The translations under genes and the position numbers were made by a program. Shown here in pieces: positions 29,503 through 64,000 of a stretch of 64,000 nt of DNA. Under the pieces are notes generated by a model. The model saw nothing but the letters and a program-made list of their open reading frames with translations, did not search any database and had not been told where the DNA came from. Numbering within the stretch: position 1 is the first letter of the stretch; every line of letters starts with the position of its first letter. Where the stretch lies: assembly GCF_009914755.1 (NCBI RefSeq), contig NC_060936.1; one strand, 5' to 3'. This stretch comes from the human T2T-CHM13v2.0 reference genome, Homo sapiens.

Positions 29503-30325
29503 CCACAATAGGGGCAGACCTGTCCATCCTTCTCTGTGGGTCCCCTGTACCTTTCTCCCCCAACAGGATCAGACCCAGAGGCAGCTGGTTGGGGTTTGTC
29601 GAGAAGAAGGATTATCCAGATCAGTCCTTTCTAATCTCAGCTCCTGCCTGTACCCTCCCATACTCACCAAACCCTCTTCCCCACCACCCTGAGCTGAGGA
29701 GCACAGTTTGAGGTACTGACAATGGGGCCATCTATCACCCTTATATCCCACCTCCTGGCCTGGTTGCTAAGTGGCCCTGACTGCCAAGATCATCACCATG
29801 GATGGGGGCCGGGACCAGGGGGGCCACTGGAGCTGTAGTTGTCTGCTCCTTTGCACCCCTCCCAAACCCCAACCCTTAATCCTCACAGCTTTGCTCTAAT
29901 CCTGTGGGGCCTGATGCTCTTATCTCTGCCTGCAGAGACTGACCAGGGAAGCACCCCTTCACCCCCTCCTCTCTCAGGGCTTGTGGTGGGGGCTGCCCCT
30001 CTCTATGGCCCCACACTCCTGCCCCCAACCCTCCTCCCGGCTGGGCCCAAGTCTCTCTGGAATCCGTACACCTCCCTCCCTCCCCCCACCCCTTCCCCCC
30101 ACCCCTGCCAGCTGATTTCATTTGCCTGACGTTGTGGTTGGCTCTACCCTTCCCTGTCAGGCCCCCCCAACCCCCCGCCGGTCGGGGCCAGGCCAGGCCA
30201 GGCCAGCTCCTCTGGCAGCAGAGCCTGGGCAGGTGACGGGCGGGCGCGGGCGTCGCAGCTGAGGGAGTAAGGAGGCTCCCAGGAACCGGAGCTGGAAACC
30301 CGGCCGAGGTCCAGCCAGAGCCCAA
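29503..30325 (+). other. GNB3: GNB3 5'UTR exons (~29503-29712 and 30161-30325) and promoter
   Basis: Donor GAG|GTACTG at 29712, acceptor TCAG at 30160, donor CAA|GTAAGA at 30325, next acceptor at 30549; matches my recollection of the GNB3 5'UTR. Confidence 0.7.
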
Positions 30326-30579
30326 GTAAGAGGGAGCTGGCCTGGGCTCTGCTCTCCTGGGCTGGGGCGCAGGCAGGGCTCAGGCAGGCTGGGGCTGGAC
30401 GCAAAGGACCTCAAACTTGGAGGGCCTAGCTGGGGAGAGGGTGCAGCCACCCAGTCGTTTCCCTGTGTCTTGGAGTCTGGTGTGGGCACGAAGGGCAGAA
30501 GCACAGCCTGGTGGGGGGTTCCTCAACACCGACCCCATGTTCCTGGCAGGAGCCAGAGTGACCCCTCGACCTGTCAGCC

Positions 30580-36196
<5,617 letters not shown>

Positions 36197-36669
36197 GGAG
36201 GCTGGAGAAAGGGAAGTGGAAGGCAGTGAACACACTCAGCAGCCCCCTGCCCGACCCCATCTCATTCAGGTGTTCTCTTCTATATTCCGGGTGCCATTCC
36301 CACTAAGCTTTCTCCTTTGAGGGCAGTGGGGAGCATGGGACTGTGCCTTTGGGAGGCAGCATCAGGGACACAGGGGCAAAGAACTGCCCCATCTCCTCCC
36401 ATGGCCTTCCCTCCCCACAGTCCTCACAGCCTCTCCCTTAATGAGCAAGGACAACCTGCCCCTCCCCAGCCCTTTGCAGGCCCAGCAGACTTGAGTCTGA
36501 GGCCCCAGGCCCTAGGATTCCTCCCCCAGAGCCACTACCTTTGTCCAGGCCTGGGTGGTATAGGGCGTTTGGCCCTGTGACTATGGCTCTGGCACTACTA
36601 GGGTCCTGGCCCTCTTCTTATTCATGCTTTCTCCTTTTTCTACCTTTTTTTCTCTCCTAAGACACCTGC

Positions 36670-36675
36670 AATAAA
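36670..36675 (+). terminator. GNB3: GNB3 polyA signal AATAAA
   Basis: AATAAA followed by GT/T-rich sequence. Confidence 0.85.
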
Positions 36676-37220
36676 GTGTAGCACCCTGGTACATCTGTGA
36701 TGTTTGCCTTCTACTCTCTTCTGTTCCAAAAAGACCCAGGTCCCATTTAAGGGCAGTAATGTGTTACAGGTGCTGTGATAAAGGCTGGGTACTGGATAGC
36801 TTGTGGGCTTATGGGAGGAGGCCTGAGATGGGTCAGGGGGAGAAGGTATTCAGCAGGTGGCTGGGGGACTGTGTGCAGCAGTTCGCTATGGCCTGCCTGT
36901 GGTGCCCATGTGTTTGTACGGGAGGGTTAGCTTGAGAAGGAATCAGATTATAAAAGGTCTTGAATGTCAAGCCAGAGAGTCCAGACTTTTTCCTAAGGGC
37001 AATGAGAAGCCATTGAGGAGTTCTGAGCAGAGTAGTAACATGATCAGTTATGCTTCTCAGAAAGATTGCTCCAGATCTTTCAGAAAGAAGCAGTGTAGGT
37101 TGATGAAAGGGAGGGACTGGCACTGGGGAAACAAGGTAGGAGGCAGGTGGCAAGAAATGCAAGAGCGACAGGACAGAGGGGTTAGGGAGAGGGATTAGGA
37201 AGAGATTAAAGATGTGGAAT

Positions 37221-37681
<461 letters not shown>

Positions 37682-38340
37682 TCACCAGGATTTAGTGACC
37701 AAATGCTAGGATATAGGACATTGGGAGGGAAGGATTCGAGATAATGGCCAAGGTTTGGGTTTGGTGGCTGGGTAGATAATGCTGTCATTCACAAGGATAG
37801 GGAAGAGGGAATGAGGAATAGCTTTTGGGGGAAGATCATAAATTCAGTTTTAGACAAACTGACTTTGAAGTACTTATAAAGCAGCTGGATAAAGGTCAGG
37901 GTTAGAGAGAGAGACCTGAAAGTTACCAGAATATAGGGAAGTGATAGCTAAAGCCCTAGAAGTAAACACCCAGGGAGAGCAGGGCCAAGGACAGAGCCAT
38001 AGGGACACCATGGTTAAAGGGAGATGTGCAAAGAAGGCTCAGAGCATCAGTGGGCTCAGGCCAGGGAACGCAAGCTCTCTAGGCCGCCATTCTACACACA
38101 GAAAACTCGGTGCAAGGTTTACATATACCTTTTTAAAGTAACATTTAAAATTACTTCCTTTAATATAAAAGAAACACACAAGACACAAAGAAAGCCCAAT
38201 AAAGCTGTGAGTCCCAGTTTGGTAGCTGAGGAGGAGTCTAAGAAAACAAGCCATTCCTCAGTATCCCTGGGAAAGAAGGGGTGAGAGGACACAGATATCA
38301 CCAGGCCCTGGGTGACTGCATTGCTGGGGCCATGCAGGGC

Positions 38341-40251
38341 CTAGCTCTCCACCAAGGGAAAGTGCTGATTTTCCTTGTCATGGTCCTGGCCTTGCTCCCA
38401 TGCTCGTCCTCCAGTTTTCAGAAGTCGTCCAGTTCCAAGAATGGCTCCTTCCTTTAGTTCACTAACATTTTCACTTAGGGGTGAAGGCCGCTTACCCTGA
38501 AAACGGCAGTGTATGAGTTGGGGGGAGTTGCTGTTCAGAAGAGGGAAGATCTGGGTAAAAGGGTCTCCCACCCTCTACGTTGGATATCCTAGTAACAGCT
38601 TGCACTTTCTCTTCCTTTACCTGTCGTAGTGTCAGGGTGCCAGGGGAGTTGTCATCCTGCAGGATGGTGAGGGGGGATCTCCCTAGTACCTTGCTGCTGT
38701 TTGGTTTCCATCTATTGCGCATAGAACCTGGGGTGGGTAAGGCGTTAAAGCAAGGACCCAAAACTAGGACTTACAGTTTATTCCTCCCACACTCACCCAT
38801 GGACCTTATCCCAAAACATTATCCTAGTTTATCTTCCCTGCATCTTGCCTTAGATTCTGTACCTGAAGATCTGGGAGTCTCAGGGTCCCTTGAGGGCTTG
38901 TCGGAGCTCTGGCTGGCCACAGGGGTTTCTGTGGGCTGTCTTGCTTCCTCCTTGGAAAACACCTGTTTGGAGGGGAACTCAGTCTGGTTCCAAGGTGGCA
39001 TCTGTTCCTCAACAGATAACTGGGTACCCAGAGGCAAGTCCAATTCAGAAGATAAAGGTGCCTCTGGGGGCAGAACAGGCTCTGGGGGAAGATTTGATTT
39101 AGAGTCTTCAGTTTCAAATACTTCACTCAGCTGTTTCACCAGTGGGCTTGGGGGGTCTAGAGGAAGAAAGTGAAGTGAACAGTGACCTTCTGATACACAA
39201 CATTCAGCAAGGAGCAAAACATACAGAAACCAGGACTCATGCCCAGGAGGGTGAGCAAGTGGGAAGAGAGAAATCAAGGAAATCAAGGTGAAAGGGAGCA
39301 ATTTTTTTTTTTTTTGAGATGGGGCTTGCTCTGTCCCCCAGGCTGGAGTGCAGTGGCGTGATCACAGTTCACTGCAGCCTTGACCTTGTGGGCTCAAGCA
39401 ATCCTCCCACTTCAGCCTCCTGAGTAGCTGGGATCACAGGCCCATGCCACCGTGCTTTTGTGTGTGTGTGTGTGTGTGTTATGTGTGTGTATTTTTTCTA
39501 GAGATGGGGTTTTGCCATGTTGCCTAGGCTGGTCTTGAACTCCTGGGCTCAAGCGATCTGACCACCCCGGCCTTCCAACGTGCTGGGATTACAGGCATGA
39601 GCCACCGCACCCAGGCTGGGAACAAAATATTGAGATAAGAGTGAGATGGGTCCGAAGCAGGAGGATAGAGGCCCCTTTAAGGAACCCTGAGAGAATGGCT
39701 TCATGGACCCTACCCAAGAATAATAGATGACAGCTTCATCAGCATTCCCTGGGCCCAACGCTTACCTCCACTGCTGGTCTTCATAGGTGTCCGTGCAATA
39801 CCAAGAGTAGGAGAGCGGGGATCTGAGTCCTGGGCATGTTTAAGACCCTCCAGTTGCTCCCCTGCTGGTAGGCCTGGCTGTGGAGAGCTCTCCACCTGTC
39901 AAGACCATAGGCTAGAACAAGTCTGGGCCCTGACTCTTCTCTCCTCTCCTCCCCATATTCCAGGAAGGAATTGCCAAGGCCCTCAGATATCCAGCCTACC
40001 CCACACAGATTGAGATTGCAGAAAATAAGGCTAGGATAAGGGTGGGGTCATGACGGCTCTCTCAAAATCAGGTTAGGAAGAGACCCAAGAATTCAGACAT
40101 TCTCTGCCTTTCCCACGCTGGCCCAGAGTACCTGGATGGGAGTGCGCAGGATGCCAGCACTAGGTGAACGGGGGTCCGCCACTCGAGCCAGATGCTTGTT
40201 GTGCGGCGGAGGCCGCGCTGGTGTGACTGGGACGCTCTTGGCTGAGCCCAT
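38341..40251 (-). CDS. CDCA3: Cell division cycle-associated protein 3 (TOME-1), 268 aa. CDS exons 40251-40132, 39895-39766, 39156-38863, 38727-38621, 38496-38341; non-coding exon 1 ends at donor 40521
   Basis: [30 protein letters not shown]...[12 protein letters not shown]; 807 nt; KEN box near the C-terminus. Confidence 0.97.
39302..39615 (-). mobile_element. AluJ-like element with internal (TG)n in a CDCA3 intron
   Basis: Alu consensus; TG run 39459-39490 replaces the middle linker. Confidence 0.9.
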
Positions 40252-40582
40252 CTCAACCAGGAGTTGCAGGGTGGGGGCAAGGGCCAGCCCGGGACGAGGA
40301 GGGAATGCCTGTGAGAAGTGACTCAGGTCTCAGCCCTTATCTCTTCCACGTCGGACCTTCAACCCTAAACCACCCTGTCTTCCCAGTTTCCAGTGAAGAA
40401 ACTTCCTGGCGAGGGACCAGAGGCCTCTGCGGAGTTAATGACTGCTGCAGCTGACAAAATGGCTCGTTCTGGGCCTGCTGAGCCCTCTAACTTATTTATT
40501 AAATTATTCAAATCACTTACCGGGCCCCAATTCCACCTCTGGATGCACAACAGCTCGTGGCTCAACTCCCGAAGTTACCAGT

Positions 40583-40622
40583 TTCAAACTTCCCGCCACG
40601 CCCCCTGCCCTGACCCTATTGG
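40583..40622 (-). promoter_or_regulatory. CDCA3: CDE/CHR element (GGCGG-4nt-TTTGAA) plus CCAAT box of the CDCA3 G2/M promoter
   Basis: On + strand: TTCAAA 40583-40588, CCGCC 40593-40597 (4-nt spacer), ATTGG 40618-40622. Confidence 0.8.
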
Positions 40623-41478
40623 CTGAGCCGACGTAGTTCCCATAGGCCCTCCACGTAAGACCCGCCTCGAGCCAAAGGAAGCTGTTGGTCTGGGAGAACG
40701 TCTATCATGGTGACTGTAGGTGTCAATGGACTGATGCTAGGCTTGCCCAGGGGTGACGCCTCCTTGATAAGGGTACTTCTGTTCAGTATCGGCCTGCGAG
40801 CCGTCCGTGGCAGGCTGAGGAGTGCCAGTCTTCGCTTTCGAGACGTCTAGTCTCAAGAACGAATTATTAAACAAAATAGAATCATGAGTGATTACACTAT
40901 TATGCGCACATCCAGCTGGAGTTGTGATGGTTTTCCTGAGGCGAGCGATAGTAGCTTTATTGGTTGACAGCTGTATCAGTCACTCGACACAACCCCCTCA
41001 AGCTCCGCCTCACTGGATACCCCCTTTTCAAATACCAAGACAACTGTCCCTCGACTTTCCGACCGGACAGGTCCCCAGGAAACTTTCTGGAATTGAGAGG
41101 CCTAAAACAACCGTCAGTTCCTGCTCTTCAATAGAAGGCACGCGAATGGACTCTAAGGGTCCCGGAGCCGGAGCAGCTGCGGAGCCGCAGCAGCTGCAAC
41201 CCCGAAGCCCACCTAGCTGCTCTACGTGCGCTCCCGCCCTGGAGGAGTGGGATTGGTTCTTTCAACCATCAATTGCCTTAGGAGCGCTTCTCATTGGCGT
41301 CAGTCAAGCGCGGGGCAGGGGCGGAGCACCGGCAGGCAGGCTCCGTCCAACTGCCATTCTCGCGCGTCGTCTCCGCGGCGCATGCCCCTAACGAGTGGCG
41401 CTCATTGGACGGGAGGGGCAGGGGAGGGGACTGGGAACGGTGGGAGCCGCCGTGTGTGGAGAAGCTGCTGCCGGTGTC

Positions 41479-55374
<13,896 letters not shown>

Positions 55375-55908
55375 GAGCCTGCCTCACCCCTTACCAATGA
55401 GGGCAGGGGAAGACCACCTGGCATGAGGGAGAGGGGCTGAGGGATGGACTTCAGCCCCTCTGCTCTGTACCCTTTTTCCTTTTGTCCCCGGCAGCAGGGA
55501 AGAAGCTGGAGGCCGTGGGAGAATGGCTGGGCAGAGCAGAGGGGCAGCGATAGACTCTGGGGATGGAGCAGGACGGGGACGGGAGGGGCCGGCCACCTGT
55601 CTGTAAGGAGACTTTGTTGCTTCCCCTGCCCCCGGAATCCACAGTGCTCTGCTTCTCTGTGTCGCCCCGCCCAGCCCCCTGGTGTGGAGGGAGGGGTCTC
55701 GTTTGTGCGCGTGGGTGTAGCTTTGTGCATCCTCTCCCAGTGGAGCGATCACCTGTGCCTCCCCTCCCCCTTTGTTTGCCCCTGTGTGGTTGGTCAAGGA
55801 GGGATGTGAGGGAAATAGGGACCCCCCGACTTGCCCTCCTGCCTCAGTCTTTCCCCCACCCTGTCTCTTCCTTGTCCTTCTCTGGAAAATGCCAAAATAC
55901 ACGATGTG

Positions 55909-55914
55909 AATAAA
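55909..55914 (+). terminator. USP5: USP5 polyA signal AATAAA
   Basis: AATAAA with GT/T-rich downstream element. Confidence 0.85.
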
Positions 55915-56563
55915 AGTACAACGGCTAAATTGTGTCCTGTTTGATACCTTGGGGGAGAGGCTTACCTTCCTGGGGTTAGCAGGAGGGCGCTTAAGAAAAC
56001 TCCTAACTCTGGCCGCCTCCCTGCCAAAGTCAAGTCTCCACTTTTCACTGGTTCTAGAGCTCTAGGAAAATTGGGGTTGGGTGGGGAGGTGGAGTAGAGT
56101 GACTAAATGCCGACACAAAGCCAAGGAAAGATGGAGTGAAGAACCCTTCCCTCTCTTTATTCACACAGGAGTGGAGGATTTCCCAAATGTCCCTAACTGG
56201 CTAGCTGGCTTCAGGCTGGGACTCAGTCCCTGCAGTTCCTGCCAGGCCTTGCCAGCCGGGGCGAGGGTTGGGATGATCCTGGCGGCCTATGCCTGTGTGG
56301 GCTGCCCCTCCCGCTGTGAACCCTGCATTTGTCCCGCAAGTTTTCACTCAGGTAGACTCCCTGGGTACAAGGGTGCCTGCTCAGCAGTCGGGCATGAGCT
56401 GCTCCGATGGGCGAAGGAGGTTGTCTATTCCACAGTTGGAGAGGGGCCCTCTCTGCCCCAGTGGGCGATCTGGGCTACGGCCAAGTTGCCACCAGCTAGT
56501 TCCGCTTGAAAACCACTTCTGGCCCCGTGGGGGACTCAAGTCGCCAAGCGAGGGTTCCCCTGA

Positions 56564-59681
<3,118 letters not shown>

Positions 59682-60108
59682 GCCCCATCCATCTTCCCTA
59701 CCCTTCCTGCCAAGCCAGGGACTAAGCAGCCCAGAAGCCCAGTAACTGCCCTTTCCCTGCATATGCTTCTGATGGTGTCATCTGCTCCTTCCTGTGGCCT
59801 CATCCAAACTGTATCTTCCTTTACTGTTTATATCTTCACCCTGTAATGGTTGGGACCAGGCCAATCCCTTCTCCACTTACTATAATGGTTGGAACTAAAC
59901 GTCACCAAGGTGGCTTCTCCTTGGCTGAGAGATGGAAGGCGTGGTGGGATTTGCTCCTGGGTTCCCTAGGCCCTAGTGAGGGCAGAAGAGAAACCATCCT
60001 CTCCCTTCTTACACCGTGAGGCCAAGATCCCCTCAGAAGGCAGGAGTGCTGCCCTCTCCCATGGTGCCCGTGCCTCTGTGCTGTGTATGTGAACCACCCA
60101 TGTGAGGG

Positions 60109-60114
60109 AATAAA
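60109..60114 (+). terminator. TPI1: TPI1 polyA signal AATAAA
   Basis: AATAAA followed by GT-rich element TCTTGTGGTTTGTCT. Confidence 0.9.
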
Positions 60115-60489
60115 CCTGGCACTAGGTCTTGTGGTTTGTCTGCCTTCACTGGACTTGCCCAGATAATCTTCCTTTTTGAGGCAGCTATATAAATGATCAT
60201 TTGTGCAAGAAAAAAAAAAAAACAAGAACAGGTTTCTATAACAACATCTCTTACTATTTTTACTTGAAAAAATGTTTTGCGTAGCAGACTGTCATAGCCT
60301 TGAACGCCGGCTCCCTTTCTTCCTCCCTCCAAGTGGCTCTGGGGCTGTTGATTTCCGCAGAGCTTGGGTTGGGGTAGGGGCTCAGCCTCACCAGCTTTCA
60401 GCAGCTGGTCTAGGCCAGCAGTGCCTCCCCACCTCCCCAAGGGGAGGGGTGGTGGCAAGACCTCAGCACAGTCTGTGGTATCACAGGGC

Positions 60490-62199
60490 TCACTGGTAGA
60501 GCAGGTAGCGCTTCATGGCAGGGGGCAAGGGCAGGGCAGACACCTGGCCGAGCCGGGTATCCCCCAGGTTGTGGCGCACACACAGGCGGCTCAGGTGCAG
60601 AAGGGAGTGTGGCTCCGCTGGGAGAGAGAAGGAGGGGAATGTAAGTATGGGTGCAGCCACCAGCCAGATGTCCTCAAACTACGGGGTCCTACTCAGATGC
60701 CTTTCTGCTTTCCTGCTTCGAGTGTGCCCACCTGGCTGAAAGGGGAATTTGAGATACCCGGAAGTTCTGCCTCCCAGATAAGATTTCACACATCCCTAGT
60801 CAGAGCTGGGGGTGAAGAGCTGGCTAAGGCCCTCTAAACAACAGGCCAAGGTGGCTCTGACAGTGGTGGAGCTGGCCCAGGCTTTGACTCCAGAGGCTTG
60901 GGAGCTGGGGCTGAGGTGAGGAGGGATGGCCCTCCACTCTACAGCCCACACAACTGCAGAGAGCAGCTCCAAGCCCTGGACCCAGTCAGTTCCTGGGGAG
61001 GCTCCTCCCCTGCTGCCCCACCCTAAGGCCCTGCCTCCTCCACTGCTCTCCTCCCTGGTGCCCAGAGCCCCAGTGTCTCCATCCTGAGGTGTGGCTGAGG
61101 AAGGAAATAGGTATGTGGCACAGAGACAGGTTAGAGCCCAGGGAATCCGGTATACAGCCTGGGTACCTGGCTCTGCCCATCCTTCTTTTGGACCTGTACA
61201 TCAAACCCAGTACCTAACGCTTTGCACCTCTTGCTCAGGGGTTGATATCTCCTGAATTCTCTCATCCCTGCAGTTCCTCCCTCCATTCTGAAGGTTCACC
61301 ATTTACTGGCCAAGAGAACTTGAGAAAGTTGCTTTCTCAAGCCTGTTTCACCTCTATTGCTGTTGGGTTAAATTAAATAACAGCTGTGAAGACCCCTAGC
61401 CTTTCCCAGCACTGAACAGAGGTTGAGGCAGGCTGGATGAAGGTCCATCCCCTCTGCTCTTGTCAGAAGAGTTTCCATCCCAAACCACTGCCACCAGGGA
61501 CAGAAAGTTCTCCCCACGTCTGCCCCAGGCCTCACCTCTCCTTTCGCCCAGGTAGCGGATGCGGACCTGGCACTGGCCCCAGACAGCGCTTACTGCCGGA
61601 TAGAGGGTCCTGCCCTTCAGTCCGCGGAATGCTGGCCCCAGGTAGGTGCCCCCAATAGCGTAGCCCAGAGTTCCCTCCTCCATGTCCAGAACCACCAGCA
61701 GTCTCTCTGGCACCTCCAGCTGCTCACCCTGAGTTCCCGCTGGATACTGGGGGGCTCCGGGCCCCTTGCTCTGATGGTACAGCTTCCCCCGCCCGATGTC
61801 CCAGCCCCACGACTCGCTGTTGCTGCCCAGCAGCGCCGCGTAGTGGTCAGTCTGCAGCGGGGCGAGGGCCGTGGCCACGCCCACCACGGCATGCGTGCCC
61901 CTCTGCTCTAGGGGCCAGCTGATCTCCCAGGCGTGCAGGCCCCTTGAATAGCCCCTCTTACCCCGGGCCCCATCAGTGCTCTGGGCCACGGGCCGCCGCT
62001 CAAAGTACAACCCTCCTTCCTTGACCTCGATGTTCTCTGAACAGTCTTTGGGGTTCCAACCGTGGCGCCGCTGGGCCCCCAGGTCAGGAGGGGGTGCAGA
62101 CAGCAGCTCTTCCAAGCCCTCGGGACAGGAGAGGTCAGGGTACAGGGCCTGTGGCGTGGGGGTGCTGCTGCTGCCCCCTGCCAGAGCTGTCTGGCCCAT
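60490..62199 (-). CDS. SPSB2: SPRY domain-containing SOCS box protein 2, 263 aa. CDS exons 62199-61536 (SPRY) and 60617-60490 (SOCS box). Exon 2 acceptor at 62284; non-coding exon 1 donor at 62513
   Basis: MGQTALAGGSSSTPTP...RRPVAQSTDGARGKRGYSRGLHAWEI...; SOCS box EPHSLLHLSRLCVRHNLG...LPLPPAMKRYLLYQ*; 792 nt. Confidence 0.98.
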
Positions 62200-62789
62200 G
62201 GAGGTGAGGAGCTAGAGGACTCCCCGAAAGAGGCTTGCTGGGGCGTCTTTCTCTTCTGAAAGTTGAGCTCCAGTTTGGATTGACCTGGAAGGGAGCTGGG
62301 AGAAAAGGGGCGTGAAGAGCAGAATCCTGGCGGGGGCTCGTCACCCAGGTACCCCATCCTTTCACCCAAGTTTGCCAACGGGCCCGCTCCTCCCTCCTCG
62401 CTGCCCCAAAGCTCCTGGGCCCTTCATCTGCCCTCGCCCCATCTGATCCAGGTCGCCAGAGACTCTCGCGAGTTCGCCCCCTTTGGGCCTCAGCATGGAC
62501 CATCCCCCTTACTCGCCCGGAGCCCTCGCCGCTGCCCCCGAACCTCGGTTGACTTCCCAGCCCTGGAGGTCGCCGGGCCTCTGAAAGAGCCGGGCGGAAA
62601 GAAGCCGAGGCGCGCAGGGCGCAGACCGCCGGCCGCTTCCGCCCCCAGCTCCTCCGTTGGGCCGAGCCCGTCCCGCGGCCCCGCCCCTCCAGGGCCCTCT
62701 GGGGCTTAACCCTCTCATCGCCGCCCACGGCCGTGCAGCTCCGAGGCCACGCCCCTGTGGGGCCCCGCCCCCTCCTGGGCAGTTACCGC

Positions 62790-63079
62790 TCTATACCGGC
62801 AGCAGCCGCGGAGAGCATGCCCCGCCCCCGTGGAGCCCACCCCGGGCGGTTAACCTCGGGTCTCAGTCCCGGGCTGTGACCCTCCCCGAGGCCCCGCCCC
62901 CACGGCGAAGGCCCGGGGCAGTTAACCCTTCTCTTGCTGCGGCAGAGTCCGCACCCGGGCAGGCCCATCTCAGAATTAACGCTTTGATGGCATCACCGCG
63001 TCGGGAATCCCTGGGGATGGTGTTCTCCACCGTCAAGACCTTTGAGCCGCCTGAGCGACTAACTCCTGCGCCCCTGAGG
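62790..63079 (+). other. Candidate first exon of a divergent + strand transcript (LRRC23/RPL13P5-associated 5' exon) sharing the SPSB2 CpG island; 5' end approximate
   Basis: CpG island followed by a consensus donor AGG|GTAAGG at 63079/63080; gene identity inferred from known gene order only. Confidence 0.5.
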
Positions 63080-63400
63080 GTAAGGAGCATGGGGTCAAGG
63101 AGGGGCTTCATTGTGCCGAATCCCATTTCTACTTCCCTGTGATTCTGGGTCACTGTTTCTGGGCTGGTCCCTTTCTGCCCCGGGTTGTGAGTCAGCCTGT
63201 GCCACCTCTGAGGCTGTGAAATCTGCTTCAGGCTCTAGGCTGTACGCATCATAGTTCTCCCTGCTGGTCCAGTCTTCATACTGGATGCCAATCCATTACT
63301 GAGCCGTTGATCTCATTTGGTAGAGTGTCCTGATTAAGACTTCGAGTTTGAGTGAAGCTATGCCACTAGTTAACTGCGCGATCTTGGGGAAGTTGCCCGA

Positions 63401-63961
<561 letters not shown>

Positions 63962-64000
63962 CCAGATTTCTGTAGTTTTCTGTTATGTAAAATAGGAGCA

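Noticed and set aside
61396-61535. SPSB2 ORF continuing 46 codons into the intron (form lacking the SOCS box)
   Set aside because: Ordinary read-through past a good GAG|GTGAGG donor; no minus-strand AATAAA/ATTAAA seen in the intron

Overview
Human genomic DNA from the gene-dense chr12p13.31 cluster. In order: the 3' part of CD4 (+; the window starts in the large intron splitting Ig domain D1), GPR162 (+), P3H3/LEPREL2 (+), GNB3 (+), CDCA3 (-), USP5 (+), TPI1 (+), SPSB2 (-), and a divergent + strand first exon (LRRC23/RPL13P5-type transcript start). I walked every coding exon by GT-AG boundaries. The spliced frames close at the lengths I recall for these proteins: GPR162 588 aa, P3H3 736, GNB3 340, CDCA3 268, USP5 858/835, TPI1 249/286, SPSB2 263. 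Introns carry about 30 Alus and fragments plus MIR, L2, L1, MER20, MER58A and microsatellites. The haplotype carries the GNB3 825T allele. I see no wholly new biological system; this is a well-studied locus. The features most worth checking are: a fully open, in-frame 1080-nt CD4 intron between D4 and the TM exon; RFX X-boxes around GPR162; a four-fold GC-box/MYB-like module in the SPSB2/LRRC23 bidirectional promoter; a ZNF143 site cluster in USP5 intron 1; and an AluY whose target-site duplication copies the probable branch point of a USP5 acceptor.
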